Positions 7,211 through 11,953 of a stretch of 11,953 bases of DNA are shown here, piece by piece. Origin of the DNA: a virus (taxonomy: Duplodnaviria; Heunggongvirae; Uroviricota; Caudoviricetes); IMG/VR virus record IMGVR_UViG_2645727563_000006, positions 1 to 11,953 of that record. One strand, written 5' to 3'. The notes below the pieces were generated by a model. That model was not told where the DNA came from. It ran no database searches and saw nothing but the letters and a program-made list of their open reading frames with translations. The stretch's first letter is position 1. Each line of letters opens with the position of its first letter. A program made the position numbers and the translations under genes.

Positions 7211-7287
7211 GGTGGGGCGTGATGGGGAGGCTTCGGCCTGCTGGTTTCATTCGTGCCAGTCTGTCAACCCTGTCACGTCCTGCCACC
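7211..7287 (+). ncRNA. c4: c4-like antisense repressor RNA of the immunity-I module (77 nt)
   Basis: 77-nt segment bounded by complementary ends GGTGG (7211-7215) / CCACC (7283-7287) with an internal AGGC-TTCG-GCCT hairpin. It contains CATTCGT (7248-7254) and CTGTCAA (7261-7267), complementary to ACGAATG (7320-7326, abutting the icd RBS) and TTGACAG (7291-7297) downstream, in the order expected for antisense pairing. Length and position match the P1/P7 c4 RNA; exact ends not verifiable here. Confidence 0.5.
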
Positions 7288-7290
7288 TGT

Positions 7291-7329
7291 TTGACAGCGG
7301 GTCGCAGGTTGTTAAACCTACGAATGAGG
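7291..7329 (+). promoter_or_regulatory. Candidate c4 target sites (b'-like TTGACAG and a'-like ACGAATG) in the icd-ant leader, adjoining the icd Shine-Dalgarno
   Basis: Complementarity to the two c4-internal segments read directly; GAGG at 7326-7329 is the icd RBS. Confidence 0.45.
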
Positions 7330-7337
7330 CCGTAACT

Positions 7338-7559
7338 ATGGTTAATGCCAATCCTTGCGCACGCCCTGAATTTATCTGGCGCTTTTACTCCTGCCAGAAA
7401 CGTCACTATCACTTCGTAATTGCACCGACAGAAGATGAGGCCCGCTCTCAGCTTCCTGACGCTCCCTGCATTTTCTCTGCCCGCTTTTCCACTGATTCGC
7501 GCAACTCTCTCAGTTACTGGTGCCTCCCTGTTAACGCTTCTGCTCAGGAGGGACTATGA
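7338..7559 (+). CDS. icd: Icd-like small protein (73 aa), translationally coupled to ant
   Basis: ATG at 7338 with GAGG upstream; stop TGA overlaps the ant ATG (ATGA at 7556-7559). The ORF-track entry 7167-7559 is an N-terminal extension that would overlap the c4 RNA and is probably not translated. Confidence 0.6.
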   Translation: MVNANPCARPEFIWRFYSCQKRHYHFVIAPTEDEARSQLPDAPCIFSARFSTDSRNSLSYWCLPVNASAQEGL

Positions 7560-8647
7560 GAACGTCATTAGTCACCCGTGAAGAAATGATTGAGGCAATT
7601 GAACAGCACACATCCTGTATCAGTACCAGGGATATACCGGGTGTTATTGCCAACTACTTCATGATCACCAAACAACTTTACCGGAGAAAGGACAAGAACG
7701 CGGTTCACCGTATCCTGCTGTCTGATATCCGCGAATACCTGCTCGAACAGGGGCATCTGAATTACGCAACCGTCGCAGCCGAAGCACGCAAGGAGGCACA
7801 CAGAATGAAAGCAACTAACGTTAAATCAGAAAAAATTCATGCACCTTCAGTTCGGGAATCGGAGCTGGTGGTTGTTCAGAATCAGTCTGATGAAATTCCC
7901 GTTCTGGAATGGCTGGGAGTGCGTGTCGTAACGACCGAAACTCTTGCTAGAGGGTATAGTACCGATGAAGCCAATATTCGTAAAAATTTGTCTCGCAACT
8001 CCGATCGCTTTGAAGAAGGCAAGCATTACTATCTCTTAACCGGTTCAAAGTTAAAGGAATTTAAAAGGCTAGTGACTATTAGTCACTTGGTTAGCAAATA
8101 TACAAGTCAGGTAATTCTCTGGACAGAGCGCGGCGCTGCACGCATGTCTAAGATCGTGGACACAAATGAAGCATGGGCATTCTTTGAAAAACTGGAAGAC
8201 AGCTACTTCCGACAAAAAGAACAGCAACCGGTCTCAATTCCCCAGACGCTTCCAGAAGCTCTGCGCCTGGCTGCCGAGTTGGCAGAACAGAAAATGCAAC
8301 TGGAACAACAGCTGGTGGCCGCAGCCCCTAAAGTCGATTTTGCCGACCGGGTATCAGTGGCCAAGGGGATCCTGATTGGGAATTTTGCAAAGGTTGTTGG
8401 ACTTAAGCAAAACGCGCTGTTTGCCTGGTTACGGGAGAACGGCATCCTGATTGCGTCCGGCGGACGTAAAAATGTACCGTTTCAGCAGTACATAAATGCC
8501 GGGTATTTCACGGTGAAAGAAGTGGTGCTGGATGATGAAGATGGATACCAGATACGGTTGACGCCCCAGCTAACGGGGAAAGGCCAGCAGTGGCTGACGC
8601 GTAAACTGCTCGATGCAGGTTTATTAAAGCCTGTAGCGGCTGAGTGA
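7556..8647 (+). CDS. ant: Antirepressor Ant (Ant1, 363 aa) with nested in-frame Ant2 start at 7805 (280 aa)
   Basis: Central region VTTETLARGYSTDEANIRKNLSRNSDRFEEGKHYYLL resembles the antirepressor N-terminal (ORF6N-type) domain and the C-terminal part resembles the KilA-C/Ant C-terminal domain. A strong internal RBS AAGGAGG precedes ATG 7805, consistent with P1 Ant1/Ant2 dual products. Confidence 0.85.
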   Translation: MRTSLVTREEMIEAIEQHTSCISTRDIPGVIANYFMITKQLYRRKDKNAVHRILLSDIREYLLEQGHLNYATVAAEARKEAHRMKATNVKSEKIHAPSVRESELVVVQNQSDEIPVLEWLGVRVVTTETLARGYSTDEANIRKNLSRNSDRFEEGKHYYLLTGSKLKEFKRLVTISHLVSKYTSQVILWTERGAARMSKIVDTNEAWAFFEKLEDSYFRQKEQQPVSIPQTLPEALRLAAELAEQKMQLEQQLVAAAPKVDFADRVSVAKGILIGNFAKVVGLKQNALFAWLRENGILIASGGRKNVPFQQYINAGYFTVKEVVLDDEDGYQIRLTPQLTGKGQQWLTRKLLDAGLLKPVAAE

Positions 8648-8654
8648 TTAAATT

Positions 8655-8677
8655 AAAAAGGCGGCCTTTCGGCCGCC
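8655..8677 (-). terminator. Rho-independent terminator downstream of pro (minus strand); the hairpin may also stop ant transcription
   Basis: GGCGGCC / TTTC / GGCCGCC stem-loop at 8660-8677 preceded on the plus strand by AAAAA (8655-8659), which gives a T-run after the hairpin on the minus strand. Confidence 0.6.
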
Positions 8678-8760
8678 CGTTGAAGCAGGAACCCACCGAA
8701 ATGATTCAGGCGACAGCCTTAACGTAGCAGGAATCCACGCCCGTCAGGGCGTGGAGGGTG

Positions 8761-11491
<2,731 letters not shown>

Positions 11492-11526
11492 TTAATTAGA
11501 ATAATTCGCATCGTGTTTGAACGGAA

Positions 11527-11547
11527 ATTTAACACTAGTCACTTGTT
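11527..11547 (-). promoter_or_regulatory. Candidate late-type promoter element upstream of prt: AACAAGTGA box plus TTAAAT -10-like hexamer (minus strand)
   Basis: Minus-strand AACAAGTGA (plus 11539-11547) followed 6 nt later by TTAAAT (plus 11527-11532). The same 9-mer occurs upstream of lyz at 6084-6092, followed by CATTAT. Interpretation as an activator-dependent late promoter is inference. Confidence 0.3.
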
Positions 11548-11558
11548 AAGGATTACCA

Positions 11559-11953
11559 ATGAACAAGCTATCTATGGGGGTGTTTCGCTGTTCAAGTGTC
11601 AGCGAAATATTGAAATACATTAGGGCAATAACATCTCACCGAGCGCCGATTAAATACGGCGTGGAAAAGGTGGAAGGCAAAAGCTATGACCGACTGCGCC
11701 GTGAGGCGAATCAGAAGGCGATAGATTTGCTTAATTCGCTGGTGGACGGCGCGACACTGACAGATGAACAGCGCCAGATCCTGGCTGGGTACACCGGTGA
11801 AGGCGGCATTGGCGGGTCCGTCTCCGAATATTACACACCAAAGCCGATCGCTGAAGGTGTCTGGGAGATCATGAAGCTCTACGGCGCGGACGTAGGTAAC
11901 ACTCTGGAACCATCGGCGGGAACCGGCGTTTTTAATGAGACAAAACCGGTTGG
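11559..11953 (+). CDS. darB: N-terminal part of an N6-adenine DNA methyltransferase-domain protein, probably a large DarB-like protein; continues beyond the window
   Basis: ATG at 11559 with AAGGA RBS; open to the window end (131 codons). Contains EYYTPKP followed by LEPSAGTGVF, matching the (F/Y)(F/Y)TP plus motif-I (xxPxxGxGxF) arrangement of N6-adenine methyltransferases. Divergent from prt, as remembered for P1 darB. Absent from the ORF track because it is edge-truncated. Confidence 0.6.
   Translation, partial: MNKLSMGVFRCSSVSEILKYIRAITSHRAPIKYGVEKVEGKSYDRLRREANQKAIDLLNSLVDGATLTDEQRQILAGYTGEGGIGGSVSEYYTPKPIAEGVWEIMKLYGADVGNTLEPSAGTGVFNETKPV

Noticed and set aside
7167-7337. N-terminal extension of the icd frame (ORF-track 7167-7559)
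   Set aside because: Would overlap the c4-like RNA and its target sites; the ATG at 7338 with a GAGG RBS is the credible start.
7011-7412. Minus-strand ORF 7011-7412 (133 aa) and plus-strand 7141-7335
   Set aside because: Span the operator, promoter and c4 RNA region; better explained by the regulatory RNA architecture than by protein coding.
7568-8445. ORFs 7568-7801 (-), 8166-8375 (+) and 8203-8445 (-)
   Set aside because: Embedded in ant in other frames or antisense.

Overview
The window reads as a segment of a P1-like temperate phage or phage-plasmid of Enterobacteriaceae, interrupted at its left end by an insertion sequence. Nothing here could be checked against a database; all calls rest on reading the sequence and on recalled P1 biology. 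Left to right: (1) a 3'-truncated IS200/IS605-family tnpB on the minus strand (1-1122) with its probable left-end hairpin; (2) a translationally coupled pair, a 995-aa protein with an HExxH metallopeptidase-like motif and a 102-aa strongly acidic protein (1222-4507), closed by a bidirectional terminator; (3) an unassigned minus-strand protein and ssb (4538-6023); (4) a SAR endolysin matching P1 Lyz (6193-6750) and a doubtful small membrane ORF; (5) an immunity-I-like module: C1-operator-like 17-mers, a 77-nt c4-like antisense RNA, icd and ant with a nested Ant2 start (7005-8647); (6) portal and protease/scaffold genes on the minus strand (8761-11482); (7) the start of a DarB-like N6-adenine methyltransferase running off the right edge. 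No CRISPR array, tRNA or rRNA was seen. The best candidate for an undescribed system is the IS-adjacent 995-aa plus acidic 102-aa cassette, which looks like a virion-delivered anti-restriction or toxin/immunity pair; this is inference from motifs and context only.
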